Shown: positions 1 to 9,812 of the stretch, in pieces
How positions within the stretch are numbered: position 1 is the stretch's first letter
How the letters are laid out: the number at the start of each line of letters is the position of its first letter
Source: an uncultured Candidatus Saccharibacteria bacterium
Lineage (GTDB): Bacteria > Patescibacteriota > Doudnabacteria > UBA920 > O2-02-FULL-48-8
Assembly: GCA_964605735.1 (NCBI GenBank)
Contig: CAZSDS010000001.1
Coordinates: forward strand, 639,157 to 703,156
DNA: 64,000 nt
Direction of reading: 5' to 3'
Notes under the pieces: model-generated
Database searches by the model: none
What the model was told of the DNA's origin: nothing
Seen by the model: the letters and a program-made list of their open reading frames with translations, nothing else
Translations under genes and position numbers: made by a program

Positions 1-93
1 CTGGCAAATCATTGATTTTCCGCCATTTCCCATAAAGAAACCGAACATGTTTGGATAATTTTTCCTGCAGTTTTTGTCTGGACAAACAACCCT

Positions 94-122
94 TTGACCA
101 GAAGACCCAAATCAGGTAAAAT
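94..122 (+). promoter_or_regulatory. sigma70-type promoter for small ORF 132..245
   Basis: TTGACC (94-99), 17-bp spacer, TAAAAT (117-122). Confidence 0.6.
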
Positions 123-131
123 GTAGCACGT

Positions 132-245
132 ATGTGGGACGATATTCGCGGCGGAATCGCCAACATTTTGTTAAGCGGGTTTATTCTGACTCTAAAAGCC
201 ATAGAGCGCTTTTTTGAGCGGTTGAATACCAGACAGCAAAACTGA
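132..245 (+). CDS. Small 37-aa hydrophobic protein (not in ORF track)
   Basis: MWDDIRGGIANILLSGFILTLKAIERFFERLNTRQQN; own promoter just upstream and terminator downstream. Confidence 0.5.
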   Translation: MWDDIRGGIANILLSGFILTLKAIERFFERLNTRQQN

Positions 246-261
246 AATTCACCAGCGTTAT

Positions 262-297
262 AAAGAAGGCAGAGCAAAGCTCTGCCTTTTCCTTTTT
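262..297. terminator. Bidirectional intrinsic terminator
   Basis: AAGGCAGAGC-AAA-GCTCTGCCTT stem with T-rich tail, between convergent genes. Confidence 0.75.
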
Positions 298-317
298 GAA
301 CAAATACGTATTTGTTT

Positions 318-1565
318 TCAGTTGACTCGGTACCACCCCATCCATTCCCCTGAGCCAGGCATGAAATAGCCAATGTACCGTTCAGAGGGATCATGTCGGG
401 CATTCGTCAGGTATACATTTACCAACCCGCCTGAGATGTGCCGGAAACGGAGCGAGCGCAAATCCCAATAAGTGTCCCAGTCTGCATGGTACACATACCC
501 GGACCAGTCTGGATAAACAAACTGGGGATTATTTTGACTGAACCGCGCCCAATCCGCCAGACTTTGTTTGACTAAGGGTCGGCAGCCGTATGCCAAAGTA
601 TCCTGGACCGGCAAATACCGATCCCGCTCTTCATGCGAGGATGATCTTATTTCACCAAACCGCAGCCCCCGGCAGGTAAACTCGTCAAAAGTCAGAGAGA
701 ATTTGCGCCCGTCCTGAAATACATATACCTGCGGGTTGTTTTCGGCTTTAAAAGTTGAACCCTCCCTCAGCGGCCAAAAATTATACTCCATGTAACCGGA
801 CAAAGCGGCTACGTTTTGCACCGGAGCAATCATTAAATTGTTTTTATCAAAATTCCAGCCGTGCGTCTCAAAACTTGTCGCACTTACTGGATACAGTTTC
901 CAGTCTTCCTGCACAAAAACCGTAGGGTCATGCCCGGCTTTCACCAGATCGGCAGAAAAGGCATACTCGAACGGAGCTGCGTACCCGGTGGGTCCGGCGC
1001 CTGACGCTGCGTAAGTGGAGGTTACCGGCCTTGCCTGTGGGTTTGTGACTTGTTTATGCAAAGAAAGGTGCAAGTGAGCCCCGGCATGAGTCTGACAGCC
1101 AGATGTCTGAACATTTCCCGTGTTGCCCACACGGCCGACTAAAGATTTGCCAGCCAACACCCAATCGCCCATTGAGACATTTGTTTCGCTTAAGTGGCTG
1201 TATTTGAGCGCGAACCGGCTTTCCTGATCATACACAACCACCGTCAGCCCATATGGCCCGCGCGAACCGGCAAAAACCACCTGCCCTGAAATGCCGGCAT
1301 ACAGCCTTTGCCCGTGCGTTTTCCCACAGCCGCGCGCCCAATCCTGGGCATAGTAATCATCCCCAAAATGCGTGACCCTAAACTTGTCCGGAACCGAGTA
1401 CATCCGCGCATAATCCGGTTGCGTCAAAGTCCACCCTGCAACATCCACCACAGGATAGATCCTGGAAACACCGTTGGGATTCAGAATAATCCCGTGTGGC
1501 TGGTCAGCCCATGACAGCGCTCCCCACAAAACCAGGACAACGGCCAAAAACAAAATACGCATCAC
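318..1565 (-). CDS. Secreted M23-family metallopeptidase (peptidoglycan hydrolase) with C-terminal repeats
   Basis: Signal peptide; H-x-G...D (THFGDDYYAQD), YSHL, VGNTG and HLH (GAHLHL) motifs; SD AAAGGAGG upstream. Confidence 0.85.
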   Translation of the reverse strand: MMRILFLAVVLVLWGALSWADQPHGIILNPNGVSRIYPVVDVAGWTLTQPDYARMYSVPDKFRVTHFGDDYYAQDWARGCGKTHGQRLYAGISGQVVFAGSRGPYGLTVVVYDQESRFALKYSHLSETNVSMGDWVLAGKSLVGRVGNTGNVQTSGCQTHAGAHLHLSLHKQVTNPQARPVTSTYAASGAGPTGYAAPFEYAFSADLVKAGHDPTVFVQEDWKLYPVSATSFETHGWNFDKNNLMIAPVQNVAALSGYMEYNFWPLREGSTFKAENNPQVYVFQDGRKFSLTFDEFTCRGLRFGEIRSSSHEERDRYLPVQDTLAYGCRPLVKQSLADWARFSQNNPQFVYPDWSGYVYHADWDTYWDLRSLRFRHISGGLVNVYLTNARHDPSERYIGYFMPGSGEWMGWYRVN

Positions 1566-1583
1566 ACTCCTCCTTTGAATTCC

Positions 1584-2069
1584 TTAGTCCACGAACCTGA
1601 AAGTTTCCCTGATCTTAAACAATTCCTGCCAACCTGTTTCTGTTTCAGCCACCTCCTCCAGTGCAAAACACTCCCTGTCTTCCAAATGCAAAGTTATGCG
1701 CCGCAGACGCAGAGCAAAGTCGTCATAATAATCCTCTTTTGAGGCAGGAATTCCATTGATGGCAATCGGCTCAACAGTCATATGCAGATTTTCAACCCCA
1801 AAATCCTGACAGCCCGCATTGATCCTCAGCCGCATATCCATGTTTTCTATTGAAACCAGCTCAGGAATTTTGTCGTCTATTTCAAAACCTTGCGGCACAA
1901 GCACCTGATATTTATGTTTTTTGTTCGTATACAAATATTTTTCTGTCATTGGTTCCTGTATTAATTTTTTTTCAGCGCTCTGTAAAGAATTTACGTCTGT
2001 TTTTTTAAAGGCAGCGGTCATAAAAATAACGATAACACCAGCGAGAATAAAAAATAAAAGTATTTTCAT
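1584..2069 (-). CDS. Hypothetical membrane-anchored protein (possibly PsbP-like fold)
   Basis: N-terminal TM; Y-T-N-x-x-x-x-Y-x-V-x-V-P-x-G-F start and 'I..TFRF' end typical of this fold. Confidence 0.6.
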   Translation of the reverse strand: MKILLFFILAGVIVIFMTAAFKKTDVNSLQSAEKKLIQEPMTEKYLYTNKKHKYQVLVPQGFEIDDKIPELVSIENMDMRLRINAGCQDFGVENLHMTVEPIAINGIPASKEDYYDDFALRLRRITLHLEDRECFALEEVAETETGWQELFKIRETFRFVD

Positions 2070-2147
2070 GGGAATAAAAATAAATAAGACCTCATTTTAT
2101 TGAGATCTTATTTTGCGGTCAATGCCCGCGCTGTTGATAAATTATTT

Positions 2148-2402
2148 TCAGGCTGAATCCGGGCCAAGATTCATATACATCCGGATTTTTTCCACCAGAT
2201 CGTTGACGGGCGTGGAATGATCGTACGGAATATTGTACTGATCAGCCAGTTCGAGGAGCTCATCACGTGAGCGCGGATCATCGTCATTAGCCAATTTCTT
2301 CAAATACGAATAGCTTGGCTGGCCGTGGCGGTTAAGCCACTCCTGCGATTGCTGAATCAAATCTGATTCATCTATTGGATTTTGTTGATTTTGTTCTGGC
2401 AT
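2148..2402 (-). CDS. Hypothetical protein
   Basis: ORF; likely start at MPEQNQQ (2402). Confidence 0.6.
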   Translation of the reverse strand: MPEQNQQNPIDESDLIQQSQEWLNRHGQPSYSYLKKLANDDDPRSRDELLELADQYNIPYDHSTPVNDLVEKIRMYMNLGPDSA

Positions 2403-2550
2403 ATGATTTCTGGCTACTTCTATTACTAACCACATCATAAGCCATACCTATTTTTTGACCACTGTCTAATTGCACACCAAACCATTAAACTGCCAATTGC
2501 CACTAAATTCATCCATAACCAACTTTGATAGCTAATTTTATGATAGCCAA

Positions 2551-3588
2551 TCATAAGACAATCATAGCGTCCCCATAACTGTAGAACCGGTATTTTTCTT
2601 TAATTGCCTCGCCGTATGCGCGGAGCACCTGGTCTTTTCCGGCAAAGGCCGAAACCAGCATAATCAGCGACGACTCAGGCAGGTGGAAATTCGTCATTAA
2701 TCCTGAAATGACCTTGAACTCAAAACCTGGGTATATGAAAAGGCTGCTTTCGCCGGCGCCCGGCACTATCCTGCCGCTGTTTTCTTTGGCCACGCTCTCC
2801 AAAGTCCTTGTTGTTGTGGTTCCCACGGCAATAACCCGCCGCCCCTCGTCCAAAGCCTTGTTCACCATCCGCGCTGTTTTATCAGAAATTTCATAGAACT
2901 CAGGATCCAACTGGTGCTCCGCAACATTTTCCACTCGCACGGGTTTAAATGTTCCATAACCCACGTGCAAAGTGATTTCAGCCATTTCAATTCCTGAAGA
3001 TTTTAAATCAGACAGCAGTTCTGGCGTAAAATGCAGACCAGCAGTCGGCGCAGCCACTGACCCTAAATTCCTAGCGTAAACTGTTTGATAGCGGGTACGG
3101 TCACCGGCTTTATCAGGCCGCTTGATATATGGCGGCAAAGGCATATGACCGACTTTTTCCAGCAAAGATATGACGTCATTATACCCGGAGAGCTTCATAA
3201 CGACCTTTCCATCCGGCAATTTTTCTTTGATCGTAACGAACAGACTTTCATTGTCCTTTTTGCAAATTATTTTTGTTCCTGTTTCAACTTTCTTCCCGGG
3301 CTTAACCAAACCTTCCCAAGTATCCTGATTTAATCGTTTCAGCAAAAAACACTCAACCGCAAATTTCTTTTCTGTCCGGCCGAGCAGGCGCGCAGGCAAA
3401 ACCTTGCTGTTGTTAACCACCAACAAATCCCTGGCCCGCAAAAACTTCCCAATCTCAGACACGCGGGAATGTTCAATCTGACCTGTCTTCCTGTCCAGCA
3501 CCAAAAGCCTGGACTCAGCCCTGTCCGGCAAAGCCTCCTGGGCAATCAGCTCCTCAGGCAGGTTAAAGTTGAATTCGGAGACCTTCAT
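2551..3588 (-). CDS. queA: S-adenosylmethionine:tRNA ribosyltransferase-isomerase
   Basis: LPEELIAQ, PLPPYI, YQTVYA, GSVAAPTAGLHFT, LHVGYGTF, TNFHLP, YRFYSYGDAM; start moved to MKVSEF. Confidence 0.97.
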   Translation of the reverse strand: MKVSEFNFNLPEELIAQEALPDRAESRLLVLDRKTGQIEHSRVSEIGKFLRARDLLVVNNSKVLPARLLGRTEKKFAVECFLLKRLNQDTWEGLVKPGKKVETGTKIICKKDNESLFVTIKEKLPDGKVVMKLSGYNDVISLLEKVGHMPLPPYIKRPDKAGDRTRYQTVYARNLGSVAAPTAGLHFTPELLSDLKSSGIEMAEITLHVGYGTFKPVRVENVAEHQLDPEFYEISDKTARMVNKALDEGRRVIAVGTTTTRTLESVAKENSGRIVPGAGESSLFIYPGFEFKVISGLMTNFHLPESSLIMLVSAFAGKDQVLRAYGEAIKEKYRFYSYGDAMIVL

Positions 3589-3693
3589 AGCGCCTATTTT
3601 TAGCAATATCCTCACGCATTATACCCTCTTTTGCCCTCTTCACAAAACCGCGATAATAAGCTACAATATGCAGGCTTAACCGAGGAATTTTAC

Positions 3694-4971
3694 ATGAAAG
3701 TCACGAAGAAAGACTTGGGCCATGCCCAGGCAGAATTACGGGTAGAACTCGACGCAGAAGACATCAAACCATATTTGGCTGAATCAGCAAAACACATTTC
3801 CCAGCACATTAACGTGCCGGGTTTTCGCCCTGGCAAAGCCCCTTACGAAATGGTCAAAAGAGAAGTCGGCGAGGAAAAGATTTTCACCGAAGGACTGGAC
3901 ACCATCATCAACAACTCCCTGATCAAGGCCATGCAGCAGGAAAATATTTACCCTTACGGAGACCCTAACCTGAATTTGGAAAAAATCTCCCCTCTCACTG
4001 AGGTGGTCTACAGCGTAAAGCTTGATGTTTACCCTAATGTTGAACTGGGTGAATGGCCAACTGAAAAAATCAAGAAACAGCCGATCGAAGTCAGCAAGGA
4101 TGACGTGGAAAAATCTTTGAAGGAGCTGACTAAAATGCTGATCAAGGAAGAGCTTGTTGAACGACCGGCAAAAACCGGAGATTCCGCTGTTATCGATTTT
4201 GATGTTTTGGTCAATGGCGTGCCGATTGAAGGCGGAAGCGCAAAGGATTTTGGCGTTGTCATCGGCGAAGGCAAAATGATCCCAGGATTTGAAGAGCAGA
4301 TAGTGGGAATGAAAGCCGGTGAAAACAAAGATTTCAAATTGAACTTCCCTGCCGACTACAAGGAAGATTTGGCTGGCAAGGAAGCTGATTTCAAAATTGC
4401 GGTTAAACAGGTATTGGAGCGAATTGAACCGGAAATTACGGATGAGCTGGCCAAGCGCCTGGGAGTGAACAGCAAAGATGAACTGTATAAGCGAATGGAA
4501 GACAACATCAAGGCTGAAAAAGAAGACAAAGAACGACAGCGCGCAGAAATTGAAGCTGTTAAGAAAATCACTGATGTCTCAAGCATTGGCGAGATTCCGG
4601 CGAAGATGGTTCATGATGAAGTGCACCGCCTGATCCATGAATTCGAACATGATTTGGCTCACCAGGGCGCACAGCTGTCCACTTACCTGGCGAATATCGG
4701 CAAGAAACCGGAAGATTTGGAAAAGGAATTTGAGCCGCGCGCAATTGAACGATTAAAAACCTCTTTGGTTGTTGATGCTGTGGTTGAAAAAGAGAAGATT
4801 CAGATCAATGAAAAGGAAGTTGATAAGGAATGGGACAAGCAAAAACAATTTTATGGCAACCAGCCGCAAATGCTCGACCAAGTAAACAACCCTGATTACC
4901 GCAGGCACTTGAGGGCAAGAATGCTGAAGATAAAAGCAATTGAAACGATCGCCAGCAAATTGATTGAATAA
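3694..4971 (+). CDS. tig: Trigger factor
   Basis: PGFRPGKAP ribosome-binding signature, FKBP domain (MIPGFEEQIVGMKAGE); start MKVTKK. Confidence 0.95.
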   Translation: MKVTKKDLGHAQAELRVELDAEDIKPYLAESAKHISQHINVPGFRPGKAPYEMVKREVGEEKIFTEGLDTIINNSLIKAMQQENIYPYGDPNLNLEKISPLTEVVYSVKLDVYPNVELGEWPTEKIKKQPIEVSKDDVEKSLKELTKMLIKEELVERPAKTGDSAVIDFDVLVNGVPIEGGSAKDFGVVIGEGKMIPGFEEQIVGMKAGENKDFKLNFPADYKEDLAGKEADFKIAVKQVLERIEPEITDELAKRLGVNSKDELYKRMEDNIKAEKEDKERQRAEIEAVKKITDVSSIGEIPAKMVHDEVHRLIHEFEHDLAHQGAQLSTYLANIGKKPEDLEKEFEPRAIERLKTSLVVDAVVEKEKIQINEKEVDKEWDKQKQFYGNQPQMLDQVNNPDYRRHLRARMLKIKAIETIASKLIE

Positions 4972-4974
4972 ACG

Positions 4975-5002
4975 AAAAAAGACTCCGCACTGGAGTCTTT
5001 TT
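4975..5002. terminator. Bidirectional intrinsic terminator after tig
   Basis: AAAAAAGACTCC-GCACT-GGAGTCTTTTT. Confidence 0.8.
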
Positions 5003-5003
5003 G

Positions 5004-5105
5004 TTAACCGTTTTTCTCGCGCCATTCGTTGAATTTTTCTTTTCCTTCATTTACCTTTTCTTTGCCTTGGTCTATGTATTTGTCTAGATCGTTAAATGAT
5101 CCCAT
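5004..5105 (-). CDS. Small 33-aa charged protein
   Basis: MGSFNDLDKYIDQGKEKVNEGKEKFNEWREKNG; AAGGAG upstream of ATG; ends at the tig terminator. Confidence 0.5.
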   Translation of the reverse strand: MGSFNDLDKYIDQGKEKVNEGKEKFNEWREKNG

Positions 5106-5241
5106 TTTGGCTCCTTGTTTAATTGCGTTCAGGATAGACAACCATATCTGGTTAGTAAATTGTGCTTTTTGCTCAAACAAAGTCGGTTTTTTGTTGCCAA
5201 TTGCCGACATAACATATACTATGTGTTCCAAGGAGGACGGG

Positions 5242-5745
5242 ATGAAAAATTACGGAATTATTGCGGTTTTGGCAGTCTTGTTTGGCTTGCCAAGTTCCCA
5301 GACTTACGGGCAAAACGGCCAGTTTTCCAGAAGGGTGAAACCGGAAATCTGGAGCGCTTACAAAGTCGAGACTCTGGAAAACAAGATTGCAGACAACAAG
5401 GCCGAGAACCACGAAATCCTATCCCGGTGGACATTCCTTTTCCTGGAATCAGACCTGGAGAGCAGTGTCTGGGACGAGGTGTTCGCGGTTGCCAACGTCA
5501 AAAAAGGCAGGTCATTTGGCGCTGACAAAGAGATGTACAGTTGGGGTGCCAGCCTGTTTACGGTGGCAGTGGCAGACTGGATGGCCAGAGACAAGGAAGC
5601 CAAACAGCAGACCAACGCCAAACTGGACCAGGCGCGCGCTCAGGCTACTGCTCTGGAAAGGCGCGTGGCGGAACTCGAATCTCAGCTCAAACAGCTGGTT
5701 GAGCAGTGCAAGAGCCATCATGGGGGCGAAACCGTGAAGAAGTAA
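5242..5745 (+). CDS. Orphan secreted protein with C-terminal coiled coil
   Basis: Promoter TTGCCA(5194)-17-TACTAT(5217), SD AAGGAGG, signal peptide MKNYGIIAVLAVLFG, terminator after stop. Confidence 0.75.
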   Translation: MKNYGIIAVLAVLFGLPSSQTYGQNGQFSRRVKPEIWSAYKVETLENKIADNKAENHEILSRWTFLFLESDLESSVWDEVFAVANVKKGRSFGADKEMYSWGASLFTVAVADWMARDKEAKQQTNAKLDQARAQATALERRVAELESQLKQLVEQCKSHHGGETVKK

Positions 5746-5864
5746 AGCTAGCCTTTGGATTAATCCAAGGCTTTTTTTATTAAGTGATTCCCCTCGCCCG
5801 CTCTGTTGTAGCCCTTGAAAAAATCTGGCATTTATAGTAATATATGTAGGCTTAAACTAAATAT

Positions 5865-5939
5865 GGCCCTATCGTCTAATGGTTAGGACGCCAGGTTTTC
5901 ATCCTGGTAATCGGGGTTCGATTCCCCGTGGGGCTGCCA
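5865..5939 (+). tRNA. tRNA-Glu (anticodon TTC)
   Basis: Cloverleaf: acceptor GGCCCTA/TGGGGCT, anticodon stem CCAGG/CCTGG with loop TTTTCAT, T-loop GGTTCGATTCC, encoded CCA; promoter TTGAAA(5815)-17-TAATAT. Confidence 0.95.
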
Positions 5940-6161
5940 ACAAAGAAGATCTCAACTCAGAGGTCTTTTTTGTTTTGCTCTGCTTAGTTAGAGTGCTGGT
6001 TTTCAGATTTGAGTTTTCCTGAGAAAGAGTTTGACCAACAGAATTTTGAAAACCAAAATGTGTTAAATAAGGCATTTTTCACATTAACCTAATAACCGGG
6101 CTACTGTTGACTAACGACTTGATACCTGTTACTATTGGCTATCAAAGTTCATGGAGGAAAA

Positions 6162-6407
6162 ATGGCAGTTCTGTTTCTACTGGTCTCAGCCAGTTTCTTT
6201 CTAGCAGGAGTAGTTCGTGGTCGAATATCCTCAAGTATCGTTAAGAGCATTTCTCGAGACGAGATCATGGACGCAATTAGCCAGACAGGATCCAAGGATA
6301 TCACCAAGCTTGTAGCGTCTAATACATCCATGCTGAAGGCTGAAAAGTTCTACATCATCAGCGCTTTGGTGTCTCTGGTTGGATTCGTAATACTGGCTTC
6401 ACAATAG
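6162..6407 (+). CDS. Orphan small two-TM membrane protein
   Basis: Promoter TTGACT(6107)-17-TACTAT(6130), SD GGAGGA, two hydrophobic segments. Confidence 0.65.
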   Translation: MAVLFLLVSASFFLAGVVRGRISSSIVKSISRDEIMDAISQTGSKDITKLVASNTSMLKAEKFYIISALVSLVGFVILASQ

Positions 6408-6412
6408 GAGGG

Positions 6413-6949
6413 ATGATGATTTTCCACAATGATCTGGCGAGAGGCGCTTTCATTTCCGGAGTGGTGGGCTTGGTGGCAATGGTAGGTGTAATTGGATACG
6501 CTGTGCACGAGCAGCGTGTTTATGCATCTTACCCAACAGTTGCCGAACACCTCGCTGAACGCGGACTTACAGGTGAACATGAAGTCAAGCGTACCGAGAA
6601 GTTCATCGGTATTTCTGGGTCGTTTTCCGGCGGGTTCTTCCTAGGTAGTGGATCGATCAACGGTTCTGTCGGTTCGGTTCCTTCTACCGGTTTCTACTGG
6701 GAAGCTGGACCGAATGAAATCGTCTACACGTCGTGGCCAACCACTGGATTTCGGATCATCATTGACCCGGAAAAGACAGTACCAACCATCGAGTTCGTTT
6801 TCAGCGAATGGTGGAAAAACAGAAGAGAAGAACGGATGGACGCACGCAACGTCAACGGGTACTTGCAAGTAAACACTGTTGATTTGATCGTCGTGCGAAT
6901 CTCGCAAGAGACCCTGGAAAAGGAAGTGTACCTACCACACGCACGATAG
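6413..6949 (+). CDS. Orphan membrane-anchored protein
   Basis: SD AGGAGG overlapping upstream stop; N-terminal TM; Gly-rich GSFSGGFFLGSGSINGS segment. Confidence 0.75.
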   Translation: MMIFHNDLARGAFISGVVGLVAMVGVIGYAVHEQRVYASYPTVAEHLAERGLTGEHEVKRTEKFIGISGSFSGGFFLGSGSINGSVGSVPSTGFYWEAGPNEIVYTSWPTTGFRIIIDPEKTVPTIEFVFSEWWKNRREERMDARNVNGYLQVNTVDLIVVRISQETLEKEVYLPHAR

Positions 6950-7060
6950 GACATGGGGATTTCTCAGTTTCCCATGTTGGGAGTTTGCTCTAGCAGACTC
7001 CCTTTTTTATTGGCTAAACTCGATATTTTTGATAGTATGTTTATAATTAACTTATTATAT

Positions 7061-7675
7061 ATGGCTCCTGAAATACATCCTGACAGACAGAATTTTGAAA
7101 ATTGGTCTAAAAGCGAAGAAGAACACAAAAAAGCCAGAGAATCCGGAGAAGAGGAAATGAAATCCCTTAATCCTGTTAAAAAAATTTCTGGCTGGTTTAA
7201 AGCTGATAAACACGGGATTAAAGAGGATCAGTACAGAGGGGCCAAAGAAAGAGCTTTGGAGCGGGCACAAAACGAAGCAGAACAATTTAACCAGTTTCTA
7301 GATTGGCTTTTGGAAAATTCGGATAAGTATGAAGAGTGGGTTACGGCTTCATTTGGCGGCAGGAAAGAGTTCGAAACATACATCCATAATCTCCGTGATA
7401 TTTGGGGTAAGCAGTATGATGATGAAGGTCAAGGAACAGAGTACCCTGATCATTCTGATTTCATAAAAAAGAATCAAAATAAATTTGTATCATGGATTAG
7501 TAACTATTTCGCAGGCGGATTAAGTCAATTCCAAGAGAAGGTTGAAAAGGGAGAATTCTACGATTTTAAAAATATGCAATCTAAGAAAAGTGGACGTAAA
7601 ACAAGTGGTTCAGATGATTTTGTGTCACGTGATGCTTATGATCGGCGAGTCCGGCAGGAACCGGGAAATTACTAG
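7061..7675 (+). CDS. Hypothetical hydrophilic protein
   Basis: Charged ORF, likely start MAPEIH after AT-rich leader. Confidence 0.7.
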   Translation: MAPEIHPDRQNFENWSKSEEEHKKARESGEEEMKSLNPVKKISGWFKADKHGIKEDQYRGAKERALERAQNEAEQFNQFLDWLLENSDKYEEWVTASFGGRKEFETYIHNLRDIWGKQYDDEGQGTEYPDHSDFIKKNQNKFVSWISNYFAGGLSQFQEKVEKGEFYDFKNMQSKKSGRKTSGSDDFVSRDAYDRRVRQEPGNY

Positions 7676-7839
7676 CAATGCTAAACTGGTTGCACTACCA
7701 AAGTGTTATAAATACCCCTAACCATAGCCAAATAAGTTTTCATCCTGTCTCGAACTGGTCTGCCAAGAAAAATGCTCACCATTTATGATGGGCGTTTTTC
7801 TTTTACGTAAATAAAAAACCGTAAATTCATTTTTTTAAT

Positions 7840-8301
7840 TTACGGATCAATACGAACATATTTTATCCAATTGGACAGGGTGAGCGAACCCCTCCGTTCT
7901 ACCTCCTCGTACGGAAGATCGTTCAATACCCCATACGGCCCATGACCCCACACATACCCGTGACTTACGATTACAATGTTGTGCGTGGCATGAAAATGAA
8001 ACCCGCCATGAGTTCCCTCGTCGAAGGGATTCGTGTTCTCCACAATAACTTCATCTGGCAGATGTTCAACGAGCAATCGGCGAAACTCATCTTCAGAAAC
8101 CCTCATAAGAAAATAGGGCTTGGCGTACTCGGGATAATAATTACTGATCCCGTATTTTTCCATTACACTTCCGATGGCCGCCTTGAATTCTTTTGATTGG
8201 GTTTGGTGTTTAAAGATGACATCTTTCAGCCCTTGAATCAACCTCCATCCTGGAATTATCGAAAGAAAGAGCTCTCTATCTGATATGGTATTGCGCTCCA
8301 T
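7840..8301 (-). CDS. Orphan hypothetical protein
   Basis: SD GGAGGAGG before ATG 8301; promoter TTGCAA-17-GATAAT on minus strand. Confidence 0.65.
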   Translation of the reverse strand: MERNTISDRELFLSIIPGWRLIQGLKDVIFKHQTQSKEFKAAIGSVMEKYGISNYYPEYAKPYFLMRVSEDEFRRLLVEHLPDEVIVENTNPFDEGTHGGFHFHATHNIVIVSHGYVWGHGPYGVLNDLPYEEVERRGSLTLSNWIKYVRIDP

Positions 8302-8423
8302 TTCCTCCTCCATTTTGATTGTACATTATCACATAAAACAATGCGCGTTGCAACACTAATGAATTACTGACTATTTGAGGGCAGCTGTCTCGAAAGGGTG
8401 TTTTTTGTTACAATTTTAACAAC

Positions 8424-9431
8424 ATGATAGACCAACAAGACAGCTCTCCTAATTCAGCGGCAAGAACACCTTGGTATAAGACTAGGTACTTTTTGCTCGG
8501 CGCTCTGTCCTTAATCCTGATTTCAATAGTTTTCATTGTCAGCAAAAAAAGCGGATCTACGGTAAAAGATGTTACGAACAATGAACAGTCCACACAGGAG
8601 ACACCTGTAAACCAAGAACAAAGCAATGATGAAACTGCTCGGTTACTAGAAGAGCACGCTGAACAGAGGAGAAAGATGATAGCAGATGCAGTCGCTGTGC
8701 TTCATGCAGAGAACCTCAAACTTAATGATACTCTATTGAAATCATACCCAAACCTACCTCCCCCTCAAGAAGACAACACATCAATCGAGGTGTACAAAAA
8801 AATAGTTAAATCACATTCTGGAAATTATGAATTGTATACGAGAATTACTTACAGCAAACTCACAGACGAAATAAATGACTACGCCGGTGAATTAGGCACA
8901 AAAGCAACCAACTATTTTGAATGCAACAAGCTTTCAAAGAGCTGCGAAGCAAGCACGATAGTAGATAAAGCAGTCAAAATCGGGGTTCCAGGATACTATC
9001 CTGAAATAGGTTTTTGCTTTCTCTCCTGGGACGCTGAAAAACAGCGCATGTTCTCAGGTGAGTGCGGAGCGCCTGAAGTCAGACCCGCATCGCAATTCAA
9101 CTACGGTGAAAACAAGTATTTCCAGTTCAGCGTTGGAGGGAGCCAGTACGGATATCTTGGGATAGATAAACAGCTTTCGAGAATAGCAATGGCAGGGTCA
9201 GTTGATCAAGAATCAAAATATCCTCGGTATACAAACATGGTAGTCATATACAATACTGACAACCCATCGGTCCCAGAAAAGATCATAAGGCTGGATAAAT
9301 ATATTGACTTCGATAATAAAAACAATACCGAATTCGAATTCAGTTGGAGATTAGATGGCGCAGCATTACTCAACCTACAAGGAAAATTTTATACTCTTGA
9401 CCCTGTATCAGGTGAAATAAAACCACAATAG
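8424..9431 (+). CDS. Hypothetical membrane-anchored extracellular protein
   Basis: PWYK + TM anchor, Cys pairs, beta-rich C-terminus; terminator after stop. Confidence 0.75.
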   Translation: MIDQQDSSPNSAARTPWYKTRYFLLGALSLILISIVFIVSKKSGSTVKDVTNNEQSTQETPVNQEQSNDETARLLEEHAEQRRKMIADAVAVLHAENLKLNDTLLKSYPNLPPPQEDNTSIEVYKKIVKSHSGNYELYTRITYSKLTDEINDYAGELGTKATNYFECNKLSKSCEASTIVDKAVKIGVPGYYPEIGFCFLSWDAEKQRMFSGECGAPEVRPASQFNYGENKYFQFSVGGSQYGYLGIDKQLSRIAMAGSVDQESKYPRYTNMVVIYNTDNPSVPEKIIRLDKYIDFDNKNNTEFEFSWRLDGAALLNLQGKFYTLDPVSGEIKPQ

Positions 9432-9488
9432 AGCATGTGTGCTTTCCAATAAAAAACCACACTAGTGTGGGTTTTTTATTTGTTAGGA

Positions 9489-9749
9489 TTACTTCTTTAT
9501 CACAACTATCGAGTACTCAGAGGCAAGTGCGGCCAGTGCGCCAATAGCTGCCAAAACAGGAGCTAATACCGTACCCACCACCGCAAAGGTTAGTGGAATC
9601 TCCATCAACACTTCGTCCTTGTCGTTTTTAATGATGATCCGGCGGGCGTTCCCCTCTTTGATGACTTCTTTGATCTTTTTAAGAATATCATCCCCGGATA
9701 CTTTGTACTCTTCCTTGGGTGAATCTTGGGATTTATCTTGCTGTTCCAT
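9489..9749 (-). CDS. DUF4342-family protein
   Basis: EEYKVSG..ILKKIKEVIKEGNARRIIIK...EIPLT..VVG..LAP..AAIGALAAL pattern. Confidence 0.8.
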   Translation of the reverse strand: MEQQDKSQDSPKEEYKVSGDDILKKIKEVIKEGNARRIIIKNDKDEVLMEIPLTFAVVGTVLAPVLAAIGALAALASEYSIVVIKK

Positions 9750-9812
9750 ATTTGAGAATTAATGACTCTCTTATTAAACTATAAAACAAAACCAGAGTAA
9801 ATTGGATTATTC

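Noticed and set aside
1-48. Possible N-terminus of a minus-strand gene (MFGFFMGNGGKSMICQ) running off the window
   Set aside because: Only 16 codons are visible, so it cannot be supported
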